A stretch of DNA of 64,000 nt from Camelus dromedarius. Lineage: Eukaryota. The position numbers and the translations under genes were made by a program. Below, piece after piece: positions 24,601 to 36,699 of the stretch; the first letter of the stretch is position 1; each line of letters starts with the position of its first letter. Below the pieces are notes generated by a model that did not search any database, was not told the origin of the DNA, and was given only the letters and a program-made list of their open reading frames with translations. Where the stretch lies: the NCBI RefSeq assembly GCF_036321535.1, contig NC_087436.1, positions 31,188,001 to 31,252,000 of the forward strand. Reading direction: 5' to 3'.

Positions 24601-27517
24601 ACTTGACGAGTCCCTGAATATTTATAGGATTCATCTCCCATCCTCTCTTACAAATGTGTTTTAGTAGAGCATCCAGGGTACTGGCCACTTCCTTTCCATC
24701 AGGTCTGATTAGCACAAGAAAATCAATATAGTAGCCATGATAATTCTGTAGCATGTCAAAATTATCAAGGATCCTTCAAACTATACAGTGGCAGAGAACC
24801 ATAGATATAATACAGCCCTGGAGAAAGAAGGTAAATGTGCACTGTTGTCCCTCCCATAAAACAACTGATTTTGATCCTTTTTAAAAGATACAGATTGAAA
24901 AGAACATATTTACCAGATCAATAGTCACATTTCAAGTACCAGAGATTATGTTTCTGCTCCAATAAAAACACCACATCTGGTATAGCAGCCAGAATTGCTG
25001 ATACAATTTGATAAAGCTTAGAGTGGTTTACCCATATATGGTATAATCCTGTTTCTGTATAAACCATATAGGTGAACTAAACAGGACTACATTAAAATCA
25101 CCACTTGTATTTTTTTTCATTTTAAGGGAAGTGTCAACCTCTGAAATTCCACTTGAGATGGCTTATAGACCCATTTGGATTTCCTAATCAGTGAGTTCAT
25201 TTATTACTTCTAACCATGGGGGCGTGATAGCATTCTGGATCTCTTAGTATCAATGTCAGCTGAAACTCTGTATCCCATATCCCTCAAAAGCCTAGGAAAC
25301 CGTCCTTCCCCCTGTATATAGTTAACCTGGATTGGAGAAGAATGAGGGAATTTTTTTTATATACTCTTGGATTGATGTTACAAGATCCTCCTCAAGGGGA
25401 CCTGGACTTCGCTTCAATTGATTACATCTAGGTGTGAGAATAGGGTCACTCTTTGAACCAGGGTGAGGCACTGGATTTTTTCATTATGTCAACAACAACA
25501 ACAACAACAAATAGATTTCTTCCATTCAGCTTCTTAAATTTTATTACTATGTTTTTGGTTATACAAGTCAAAAAAATATCCTGCTTGATTGCCCATCTTT
25601 CTCACCCTAGGGTCACCATGGTCTAACAGTCATTGCCAGAGATCACTGTTAAGGCAACCTGATTATCACTCTAACCCACTGATCATTTTCGTAATTATAT
25701 CCCACTCCCCTCCAGTGCCTAAGAAGCTCCTAGCCTCTAATTTTCCACTAATCTATCACTGTGAGTCCAGTTCCACAGCAGTCTACTCCACTGTCAACAC
25801 TAGCCTTCAGGAGATAAGAGCCCCTGAGCTTCTCAACCATGTTAGTGTCCCCTCACATGTCCATTCTTCATTACTTCATTGAAGGAAGGGCCATTTCGGA
25901 CTTTTTCTTGATAAAGAAGTGGGTTTTTTAACCTCACATGAAAAATATATTGTAATATTCTCTCCTCTCTCTCCTCTGACCCCTTCCACAATATGCTGAC
26001 AAAATAGTTCTGCATCTCCAGCTCCTTTACTGAAGACCACCATCATGTCTAAGCTTCAAGGGGCCATACTAAAACCACATAAAACGGGTTTCAAGTATCC
26101 TGGTGAAGGAGAGTGTTCTTACGCCAATAAATGCTCCCTTGTCCAGCCTTTATATTCTGAACTATCAGCCTTGCCTGGTTCAGCACTTTCAGAAATCCAC
26201 TTCTGTACATGCTCTGCTGTTTCTTGCCTGTGAGTATCAGCTACGCTCTACTATTCTGTCAGTGAATAAGCTATTTCATTCCTGGAGTTAGGAACAGCCA
26301 GAGTAATTGTCCACTCAGGTTAGGCTCTACTGTGATTCTAGTTACTGACTAAACACAACAATGGCACACAGGATGGACTCTTGAGAATAATAAGCATCAA
26401 CTCAACGGGCATCACCTCAGATGATATCTTTGTGTGGAAACGGTAAGGGCATGTTGCTCTTCTCTAGAAGGGAAGAGGAGCTGAATAAAAGACTGGGTGA
26501 GAACTTTAGGTTCAGAGTTCTCAGGCTCATCCATCCAACTGTTCCCATCCCAGTCTCAGCTTCTGAGTCTTTTAAATTTGTTTTCTGACTTTAACATAGT
26601 TGATTCATTGAGGCTGACATAAATCTCCTTTGCACTGCTGCCATCCTTACAATTAAGCCCTATCTAGCCTTCCTTCTGGCTGCAGGAGAGCAGTCTCTGC
26701 TTAGAGAGGGGAGTGAGTCTATCATTCTCTTTCCCCAAGAATTCTAAGGTTGTTAACAGGTCATCAAATCCACGATCCTCATAATTGCTACTGCCCCTGT
26801 CTCATTCAACTGCTAGTGGTAATGCATAACCCAATCCTTTGACTTCTACTTTTAACTCATTCCAATAAACCATAATTGAGAGTTTTTGGAATTTCATCCA
26901 TCATCATCCCACTATCACCATTACATAGCATTACCATCCCACTTATCAAATGTAACATAGTAATTGCTGTCATCTAACAGGATCCATTTCTGGTATCCTA
27001 CCCTGACAGTCTGATCTCTAGGACCAACTCCATTATCCGTTGCCTCAATTGGTCTCATTTGTAAAAAATGGTCTCCCGTAAAAGTCTGTGACATGGGGAC
27101 AGGTAGTTTATTTGGGAGATGAACCTAGGAGGCAGGAGTAGAATATCTGGGGGGAAAAAAGAAAGGGAACCAGGAAAAGCAAGTATACATTTGGAGGCAA
27201 TGGGGGTCTCAATTACTCAGGGATCTTAGAGAAGCACGGATAATGCCTCCTAGAATTGTCTAGTGAAAGGAAGGGAGTCTGGGACATTTATCCTCTGGCT
27301 CCTGTCACTGACAGGTTAAGAACTGCCCTTGGGGACATTTTCACTCTTTTAGCTTCTGGGCTGCAATTACATACTGGTTGGGGAAGCTCAGGTCTTTAGA
27401 CAAGGTCCTGAGGGACGTGGTGCAGGCTTGAGGTGGGATACAGTCCATTATGACTGCAGCTGGAATCAGAGTTAGACCAAAGTGATGTAACAAGGGACAT
27501 CAAAAGTGTTCACTACA
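21682..27517 (-). mobile_element. ERVL (class III) provirus with LTR33-like LTRs (5' LTR 27041-27517, 3' LTR 21682-22162) and decayed gag-pol
   Basis: Perfect TSD GATAT at 21677-21681 and 27518-27522. Both LTRs begin tgtag on the minus strand. RT remnant YYIDFLVLIRPDGKEVASTLDALLKHICKRGWEMNP (24509-24754), SDPPSHKVG (23886-24092), and integrase C-terminal-like AVSSIARIYG (22443-22649). Confidence 0.9.
23356..23689 (+). mobile_element. MER58B-like hAT-Charlie element nested in ERVL pol
   Basis: TIR-like ends caggg... and ...tttgccaacccctg. Internal taaatattttag and aatgaatgtgtggctgtgtttcaat. Confidence 0.85.
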
Positions 27518-27609
27518 GATATTTTAAAAGTTCAAAACTAAATGATAAATTAGGATAAAATATTTCTGTGTATTTAACACTCAAAGAACTATATCCAGAA
27601 CATATGAGT

Positions 27610-28018
27610 TCCCAGAGTAAGAAATGAAAGAGGAGAACTTACAGCTGATACCACAGAAATACAAAACACCATAAGAGAATACTATGAAAAATGATATTCC
27701 AACAGATTGGACAACTTGGAAGAAATGGACAAGTTTCTAGAAACATACAGTCCACCAAAACTGAATCAAGAAGAAACAGATTATTTTAACAGACCAATCA
27801 CTAGAAGTGAAACAGATTCTGTAATCAAAAAAACTCCCTGCAAACGGAAATCCAGGACTGAATGGCTTCACTGGGGAATTCTATCAAGCATACAAAGAAG
27901 AGCTCATACCAATCCTTCTTAAACAACTCCAGAAGATTGAAGACGACGGGCCACTCTCAAACTCATTCTATGAAATGATACCAAATCAGATAAAAGACAC
28001 TACCAAAACAGAAAATTA
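27610..28018 (+). mobile_element. Internal L1 ORF2 fragment with no tail, flanked by a 14-bp TSD
   Basis: ORF 27707-27922 reads DNLEEMDKFLETYSPPKLNQEE. cagaacatatgagt occurs at 27596-27609 and 28019-28032. Confidence 0.9.
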
Positions 28019-29240
28019 CAGAACATATGAGTCACCAAACCAATAAAGATTAATTGTAAAGGATATAAACTGGCAGTTGGAGAAAATAAAATGAAGGGTA
28101 CATATATGGAGAGATACTCAAAATCATTAATCAGGAAAGGCAAATAAAAGAGCAATACGTCATCATCTGCCTCCATCAGACATGGAAAAATAAAAAGATT
28201 GGTATTGTCAAGTGCTATTTTGAGTGCTTCCTACGTGCAAGGTACTCTCGTAAGTGTTTTACCTGTAGTTATTTTTTCAACTCAAAATATCCATTGAAAG
28301 TAGTATTATTATTATCATCATTTACTTTTAGTAATCTAAAATCCATAAGTAGAGAGGTGGTGAAATAAATTTTGATACATAAATACTACTGAACAAATGT
28401 AACCATTTAAAGTGAAGTAGCTCTATACATTTCGGTATAGAAAGATCCATAAAATGTATCACTAAATGAAAAATCCAAGTGAAAAAATATACCTGTATTA
28501 TTTTCCCATTTATGTGAAAGGAGGAGGAAGAAGAAAAAGGGGAAGAGGAGAAGGAGGAGAGCTGTGTTTATATGCATAAGTAGATGCAGACCAAGGCATA
28601 GAAAGGAGACTAAAAGCACTTTGCAGGGGTTACCTCTGGGAAAAGCAGTTGAAGTTCGGGAAGGAAAAGGAGAAAATAACTTTCATATTCTACTACATAA
28701 ATTTTTATATTGTCTGTATCTTTTGAAAATAAAGATGTGTTCATGCATTATTTTTATAACCAAAATATTAAAAACATCAGTGACATCTAGCTTCTGATAA
28801 TGAGTCTGCCAAGAATGAGCCCAGAGAGGAAGACTGCAAAGATAGAAACTGAAAGTCATTTCTTGCCTGCCTGCTCTGCCTTAATTTTTCTTCTTCTTAA
28901 AAGAGAAACTCATGTTTCTTTTTTGGGAAGCCTATTCCTATGGACAGAATCTCAGACCCGTTTTTCTTTCACTTTTGTCTGAGCAATGTCGCCTTACTCA
29001 TGCGTGTGCACTGCTGGATGCTCTCATACGTGCGTATTAGGCTAGACATAGGAAACCGCCACTTTATAGGTTAGAGTTAGTATATCAGCAATTTTGTATG
29101 GTTCAGCCCTATAAAACATCAAACTAACATCAAAATTAACATAGTGTCACTTTCCAGCTCTTCATTTCTGGGGAAAAAAAAATATTCAGATACCCTATTT
29201 CTTTCCCTAAACAGATGTTAACAGAAATATACAGACTTAC

Positions 29241-29287
29241 CTCTTTAATTCATACATAATGGTATTAAAGAAGTTTCCAAATTTGTC
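29241..29287 (-). CDS. Candidate 47-nt internal exon (DKFGNFFNTIMYELK)
   Basis: cttttaatttaaaaag|GAC...AAAGAG|gtaagt. Only one frame is open, and it matches the phase of the upstream exon. The acceptor is modest. Confidence 0.35.
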
Positions 29288-29379
29288 CTTTTTAAATTAA
29301 AAGTTTACGAAATTATTTAAAAAATCAAGCTTCAAGATTTTTTTAAAAATTCAGTTCCCTAAATTCCTTTAACTGTCCT

Positions 29380-31112
29380 ATCCTCCACCCGACCTGAGTC
29401 ACTCCTGTGGTTATACCCGAGGTAATCATCCCCCATCTTTCCAATTCATTCCCTTTAGCATCCTGACTCCTGAAATCTTTCTAGCCCACTGAGATTTCCA
29501 ATCTATTTACCTTTTTGTCTCACCCACTGGCTATGCTTCTTTCTCTCTTTAGTCTATTTAATTCCATGGACGTTCACTATACTCATTTCCTTGAATTCTC
29601 ACAAAATTGTCTTGGTCATTTCTCCCTTTCTTATACTCCTGTGACTAAAAGACAATCCAGGTTAAATCCAATTTTCAGCTACTTTATGCCTGCACCCATG
29701 CAGCTGAAAGTAAGTGGAGAAAAACACATAACCATGCTGACTGGCCCCACTTTAAATTTATGACCACAAACCTCAAGTGGACTCTCAACGCTGTTTGTCA
29801 TTCATATTGTGTTTCCTTGGTCCATTCACTCCCCACTAGCACTGTTAATATTTCACACTGATCCTCCTTCCGCGGACTTCAAATATCTCCTTATCTACCC
29901 TCACTCTTCACTGATGACCTTGCTTCCCAATTACAACCGAAGCAATCAGAATGGAGCATCTGCTAACAATCACCCCTACATCCACCACCTACCAGTTAAC
30001 CTGCCTTTCTGCCTGTTCCTATCGGTGAACTCTGTTCTTTTCTAAAGCCAGTCTCTCCACATGCATACTTGCTCACATTCTCTCCCAAGATATAGTCCCA
30101 GTTCTTCTTCCCTCTGTTTCCAGCTTCATTAGTGAAGAGCTGGAAAGTGACACTATGTTAATTTTGTGTCTTTCCTGGATCACTGCTACTGGTATAAAAA
30201 CATGTTGTTATTTTTCCCATATTAATTCAATACAAAAAAAAACTTTCTCTAGACCTCACTTTCTGTGCTAACTTGCGTCCCACATCTGTCCTCTCCTTTA
30301 CTGCAAAACTCCATGAAAGACCAGTCTCTAATCACTCTACCCAAGTTTCCTCTTTGATGAGTTTCTTTTAAATCCATTTCTATCAGGCTTTAGTCCCCAC
30401 CTCTCACCCATCCACTCTCATTAAGATTCCAGTGATTTCCACATGCTTAAATACATCTCTGTCCTCATTTTATCTGTCCTATCATCAACCTTTGACATAG
30501 TTTATCATGCTTTCCTTCCTAATGCAAATCCTTCACATGACTTCAGGGGACCACAGCATTTTAAATTTTCTCTTGCCTCATTTTTTCTCATCTCTTCTTT
30601 TTAGATGTTCATTGACATGATGATCTCATCCACTTCAGGATTTAAATATCATCTACAAGCAGATGAATCCCAGATTTATATCTTTGGCTCAAGCCTCTCT
30701 CCTGAATTCCAGAAACATGTATCTAATTTCCCGTGCTACATCTCTGGTTGGATTTCTGAAAGACATCTCATGGTTACCACACTTGAGACTAAATTTTAGA
30801 GTCATGGGGAATATTGTCAATGATACTGTAATATCTGCAAGGGACAGATGTAACTAGACTTATTGTGATGATCATTTTGTAATGAATAGAAATACCAAAT
30901 CACTATGTTGCTCACCTGGAATTACTGTAGTATACTAGGTCAATTATACATCCATTAAAAAAAAAAAGAGTAAATTTTGGATATTCCTCCAAAGTTTAGT
31001 TTGGAGGACCCCTTCTACCCTTACCCCTCTCCATCAGAGCAGATTTTATACTTCTAGTTGCTCAGGCCAAAAACCTGGGAATCATCCTTGACCCCTCTAT
31101 GTCTGTCACTCA
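29380..31112 (+). mobile_element. Long L2 ORF2/3' fragment
   Basis: ggccccactttaaatttatgaccacaaacctcaagtgg; ctgatgaccttgcttc; tttaaatatcatctacaagcagatgaatcccagattt; ttgctcaggccaaaaacctgggaatcatccttgac. Confidence 0.85.
30801..30966 (+). mobile_element. Short L1 3' end with A-tail inserted into L2
   Basis: L1 3' UTR motifs plus poly(A). TSD agactaaattttaga (30786-30800) / agagtaaattttgga (30967-30981), 13/15 identical. Confidence 0.85.
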
Positions 31113-31599
31113 TTTGGTTCAGATTATTAACATTTCACCAATAATTTTTAAAGAGAAAACCCCCAAATTTTTAATAAAAAAATGAAAAGCCATGTGCCAA
31201 ACAATAGTGAAAAATAATAAAATTTTTAATGTTTCAGAGTAATACTCTGTGTTCTGTATGAAGCAAGAAAACAGCATTTTATTTATGTTACTGGCTTCAT
31301 GGAAAGTTAGATTAAAACAACCATTGTAGATACTGATTTGCCAGTATGTATAAAAATCTTTTTAACCCTTCTAAGTGGACTACTTTTTTATAAAGAAATA
31401 AGCAACAATGTACATAAATTTTATGTAAAGAAGAAAGTAAAGGTGATAAAAGCTGTCAGCAGCTTGGTTTATTTGTCTGTTAATTAACAATTTAATTTAT
31501 TCATTTTACTTAACATATCACCTGCATTTTCCCCCTGCCATTAAATATTCTTTAAAAACATGATTTAAATGATTATATTGCATACTATTTGGGAAGAGG

Positions 31600-32080
31600 T
31601 TGGGCCACATGCAAAAAACAACAGTGGCTCAAACAAAACACATTTATTTCTCTCACACACAAAGAATTCCAGAGGCAGATGTTCAAGATGAGCAGAGTAG
31701 TTCCATAAAGTCTATAAACATCCTGAGCCCCTTTGGAAGCTCACTTCTTTGCCATTTCTGAGATGTTGCTTTCAGTCTTGTCAACCAAGACGGCTTCTAG
31801 AACTCCAGTCATCACATTTATATGCCAGAGAATGAGTTGGTCAAAGAGCAGAAGAGAGGCAAGAACCCTCCTTTTTGAGAAAAGTTTCCAAAAGTACAAT
31901 ATAACACTTTGTTTACACCTTACTGGCAACAACTTAGTCATATCAGCTTTAAAGGACACTAAGAAATGCAGTCTTATTAGTCTTATCTGTTATGTATTTG
32001 TGTCTACTTAGTATCTGGGATTCTGTTACGAAGAGAAAGGGGGTAACAGATAATGGGAAGGAGTTAACAGTCTGTGCCTC
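31600..32080 (-). mobile_element. Old MaLR LTR (MLT1J/K-like)
   Basis: aacagtggctcaaacaa...tttatttctctcac...actccagtcatcacatt. Confidence 0.55.
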
Positions 32081-33068
32081 AAAGAGTTTTATGTGTAAGG
32101 AATAATTTATTTAATAAAAGCCCAGTTATTTTTAATATGCTGCTATCTTCTAAATTTTTAGTTTTTATAATAAAATATATTATTATGTAATAGTCAATTT
32201 TTTAAAATGTGCTTTCATATCCAAACCACCTGGTAATCATAATTATATTGTATTCAAAATTCAGTATAGATATTAAATCATAGAGAGTTGTATACTTTTT
32301 TTTTTTTTAATTTTAGGGAAAATGTATGTCAAAACATTGAACCACATGCAAATTTTATACCTAGCAACATCATATGATATTTTAACTCTCTGAAGAATTG
32401 TGAAACAGTCAGTAAATATAAAAGTAATTTCTGCTCATAAATTGGTGTGTGTATATATATGTATATGTATATAAATATGTTAGCTATGTTCACAATTTGT
32501 TTTAAAAAAATCTTACAGAAATTCCAAATTGGTCTTATTCCCATCTAGGCAGACTGATTGACACTTCTACAAGTGATTAATCATACTCAATTTTCAGATC
32601 CATTTCTCACTCAGATAAATATGCACATGTAATAATGAGACCAACACATGCACTAGTAAAAGATATTTCCAAAAGTCTATATGTTAATATATTTGAAGGC
32701 AGAGGGGAAAAGATGCCAACTGAAACATTAGAGTAAAATAATCTACCAAGTAGAAGTAAAAACTCAGCTTCTCCAAGTTTTTGGACAGAAAGAAGATAAA
32801 CACAAGCCTCTTCTTTACATATTAAAGGACATACTTCCATCAGGGAAAAATTCAAATCAAAAACTACTCACATTTTTTTTTTTTTACCCTTGTTGATAAT
32901 GTAAGAAAAAAATGTGAAAACAAAGACTGCAGTTCTGGTTTAGTAGCTGAAATATTAATTTCATGCTCAAAAGAAAATTCCATTATTCAAACTTTGTACA
33001 AATGCCTAAATTTGATTTTTCTTGTTTCCAATACAGTATCTAGTAATGCGGCCCATCATGAACATTAC

Positions 33069-33155
33069 CTGCTCGTTTCCATGATGCACTGCTTCTTTGA
33101 AGCAGGGTCTGATGTTTAAAGATACATGACATGAGTCGCTACCCTTGATTTTGAC
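33069..33155 (-). CDS. Candidate 87-nt internal exon (VKIKGSDSCHVSLNIRPCFKEAVHHGNEQ), phase 0-0
   Basis: atttctttaaactag|GTC...GAGCAG|gtaatg. Open frame, retained CpGs, non-repetitive DNA. Confidence 0.35.
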
Positions 33156-34339
33156 CTAGTTTAAAGAAATATTTAGTTCTCATTAAGCTCTTTTCACAGG
33201 TGAAATAGTGAATTATATTACCAACTCACATTTCTCTGAAGACTTGTGGGTTTTTTTTTTTCTTTTCTTTTGTTTTTTTTTTTTACATATTTAGAGATTA
33301 GAATTTCGGATGATAAACGTGAAGGCAACACATCACTGTATTCTTTAGTGCTCGCCACTTGGGAACCTTCTCATTACAGAGTGACAGCCACAGGCCATTT
33401 TCCCTGTTAAACTCAGATGAAAACTAAGCTACTTTGATCCAATCCTTTTGAAAAGATAAGACTGGTGTTATGGTTAAAACCTCAGCTGACAGATTTCAAA
33501 TAGGACCACAGTTTGAAGCTATGGGGTTTAAGAGAAAGAACAAAGAGCTTCTGAATCTGCTCACAATGGAGCACCTCATTTAATGGAATAAACTGCATGG
33601 AACATATACTTTTCTTATCAAATGAGACATCCTTTACTTTTACTGGACAGGTTTAATCGCTCAAGACACTTGGTTAGAATGCTTTTTAGGCTAATTACTT
33701 GTCAGCTATCATCAAAAACATTAATGGTACTTTAAAAAATCACCTATTCCTCAAAGCTCCTTTTGTGGACTCTCTCACAAAATAACATACAGCTGCTGAC
33801 CCACAATACAATGTTGTGGGTAACTGCTCAGGTAGGGGTAGTACAACCCAGCCACAAGGAAGTGAAAATAGTGGGTGTTATGCAAACCTGTGTGACTTGA
33901 GGTGTTAGCTATGCCTCGGGATCCTCCCCTCTCTCACCAGGCCCACCACTCTCACTGGTTGCTGGAAGAGAGGTAAACCCTTGGGGAAGTTTTCACTCTT
34001 CCTTTCCAGCAGGACTCTGCCCCCAGTCCCTTGATTACAATCTCAGACCCCAGACGTAGAGTAATCATCAAGCTAAGAAAACTTATGCTTTACTTCCTCT
34101 CACCTAATTGATACTCATAATTTTATATTATTTTTAATAGTACCCTACCCCACATTGTATAATATTAAGAACACACAAAACCTGGATTTGCCTGGGAGAT
34201 TCATATGGATGATACGAAAATAAAACCCAAGTGAAGGTTTCGCTCCTTTAACTTAAGTCTAGATTAGAGACAGCCATGACAAGTCTGATCCACACCCACA
34301 CAGTATTAGGTCTCTACTCAAATGGCACTACCGGTATTG

Positions 34340-34560
34340 GAAGAAGTCCTCCTAACTACATTATTTAAAGGAGTATCCTAGCCCCCTCTTCTCACTCCCT
34401 AGCTCCGTGTTCTGCATTTTTATGACACTTATAACTAACCAATATTGTACAATACATTGATTTTTCTTGCTTCTCACTTGTAACATGAGCTCCAGACAGG
34501 AAAGAGTGGACTTTGTTATGTTTTTAACCCCTGAATTCACAGCATTTAAAATAGTGATCA
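34340..34560 (+). mobile_element. L2 3' end
   Basis: catgagctccagacaggaaagagtggactttgttatgttt...cagcatttaaaatagtg. Confidence 0.55.
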
Positions 34561-34570
34561 CTACATTAGC

Positions 34571-34692
34571 TAAGGTGACCATATAACTTATCGTACAAAT
34601 GGCGACACATTTGAGAATAAAAAGGAGCATCATTATACCAGAATATCAGCTGTAAACTGTTAGTTTCATGAAACTGGAACCAAAGTCATCCA
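34571..34692 (+). mobile_element. MER94-like hAT-Blackjack MITE
   Basis: taaggtgaccatataacttatcgtacaaa...gacacatttgagaataaaaaggagc matches the recalled consensus. Confidence 0.65.
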
Positions 34693-34881
34693 AACACAAG
34701 CCCACATTGAATGTATTACTCCTAAGCAGAAGGGAGTGAAAGAAAATGACTTAATATCAGATAGCTCCCTCCTCATTTATGTTATCCTAGGGTTCAGCCT
34801 ACATCTCCTTTTCTTCTAAGGCTGAGAGGAAACCCTTTTAATGGGAAACTCTCTTTAATCCATCCTCTTGTTGCAGTAAAT

Positions 34882-35114
34882 CAGTGTTCTCAATTGAGAG
34901 CTATTTCCCACCACCACCACCCCAATCCCACCAGGGAATATTTGGCAATACCTGAAGACATTTTTGGTTGTCGTAACTAGGAGGGTACTATGAGCATCCA
35001 ATGGGTAGATGCCAAGGATGCAGCTGACGATCCCATAATGTAAAAGACAACCTGCAAACCCCCCCAAAATTTATCCAGCCCAAAATGTCAGTAGTGTTGA
35101 TGCTGAGGAACTAT
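34882..35114 (+). mobile_element. MER20 hAT-Charlie element
   Basis: atttggcaatacctgaagacatttttggttgtc...gccaaggatgcagct...ttatccagcccaaaatgtcagtagtg. Confidence 0.85.
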
Positions 35115-35499
35115 AAAATAACCAAAGAAGAAATGGCCCAAGAAAATAACTATTCTTGTTCAGTTTTGTCTTTAATCCCATCATTCTTCCCAATAAATAT
35201 TCCACTCCTTAATATTGTTACATAATTAAGTATTCTTGAGGGCTCTTTTTTGACCTTGACTCAGATCAGAGCTGCTCCTTCTTTTCTCCTTTGACATGGA
35301 TCATGGAGGGAATGGGAAAAGACAGTAAGGGAAGAGTAGTTTTTGCAAAGACAGGAAGAGTCAGGGACTTCCTCGAGGAACTTGGAGCATATTGACTATA
35401 GACAGACCAATAAATACTACACTATACTATTATTTATGTAACAATGGAAATACAGTGATTTTACCAAATAATAATAATGTATTACATAAACACCGGAAT

Positions 35500-35830
35500 G
35501 TCTATTAGGCTTCAGAATTTTCCTGTGCAGAGTCTCATTTAATCCTCAAAGAAACATTCATGTATAATGCTCCCTGGTAACAAAGGGAGAAACAGTGACA
35601 AAAAAGTGTGATTTCCCCAAGATTACTTACCTACAAAGAGCCAAAGAAGGAGAAAGGGGGAGATGACTGGAGCTAATTAAAACAACAACAACAACAACAA
35701 CAATAACAACTTAACTTTTATCTAGTATTCAGTATGGGCCATCTATTTCCTATTACTTCACATAATCCTCACAAGAAGAACTATGAGGTATTATTGTCCT
35801 CATTTTACTGGTGAGTGAATAGGGTCTGTG
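35500..35830 (-). mobile_element. Two MIR fragments (~35500-35650 and ~35715-35830) separated by (CAA)n at 35681-35710
   Basis: tctcatttaatcctca; taatcctcacaagaagaactatgaggtattattgtcctcattttac. Confidence 0.55.
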
Positions 35831-36699
35831 GCTAGCTTATCCTGATCAAGGTTTAAAATACATATCTCACACATCTAAAATTCCTTTCAGAAACCTGCCT
35901 TTCTTCTTTATTATGTGAACTCCTTTTTGCTAATTTTTACTCATTTACTCACTCATTTAACTCACCATGGATCTATTTTTAGCATATCCACAAAATGCAA
36001 GGCACAATCCTAGGCCCAGGGAGAAAAGCCTGGAACAAAACAAAGTGCCTGCCTTAGGGGAATTTAATTGCACTGAAAAACAAAACAAAAAACGTGCTTA
36101 GATATTCATTTCCTTCTCCCTGGGAACTGAGCCATTACCCAGCCATTCACCCCGAGAGCACCAGCTGGCACATGGTGTTGAGAGGTGTTGGGAAGTCACT
36201 GTGTAACTCTTTACAAATTATTTTTGCTATGTTATGTTGTTTTGAAAATGTTATGAAGTTAAAAAAGCGAGGTAAACGCTTTTAGAATTTTTTTGTAAGA
36301 CTCAGACTGCCTTAGAAAACTAAGTTACTGACAGTGTTGCTGCTCTTGCTTTATGCAAATAAACTTTAAGGGAGCCCTGAGCTGAAAGAATAAGAAGAAT
36401 GAGACCATCGGGTTGAATAAGTATGAATAATCAGGGTAACCGAGGGAAAAGGCACAGGAACAGACATGGGAAAGAAGAGTTTAAATTTTCAGTAAAAAGA
36501 GGGACCACATAATCATGTCACATAATCAATTGTCCTTAGGCATCTACATGCCATCGAAGACTAGTACACACATTATAAAAAGCATTCAGTTTTTTGCCTT
36601 GTTTTGAATCATGTAGATGGGAACAGAACAGGATGTCTGAATTTGAACTGTAAGTCTAAATTCTAGTTAGAACTCTGATTGAATTAATTTATGTGCCTA

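Larger units (their letters stand above)
20725..28770 (+). mobile_element. Ancient L1 (L1ME-like) ORF2 to 3' UTR, interrupted by ERVL (21682-27517), a younger L1 piece (27610-28018) and a MIR fragment (~28215-28330)
   Basis: Degenerate colinear L1 motifs on either side of the insertions (aaactaataagagagttc; aaaacacagaagccataaaggaaaaga; aaaggatataaactggcagtt; aatctaaaatccataagtagag). Confidence 0.65.
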
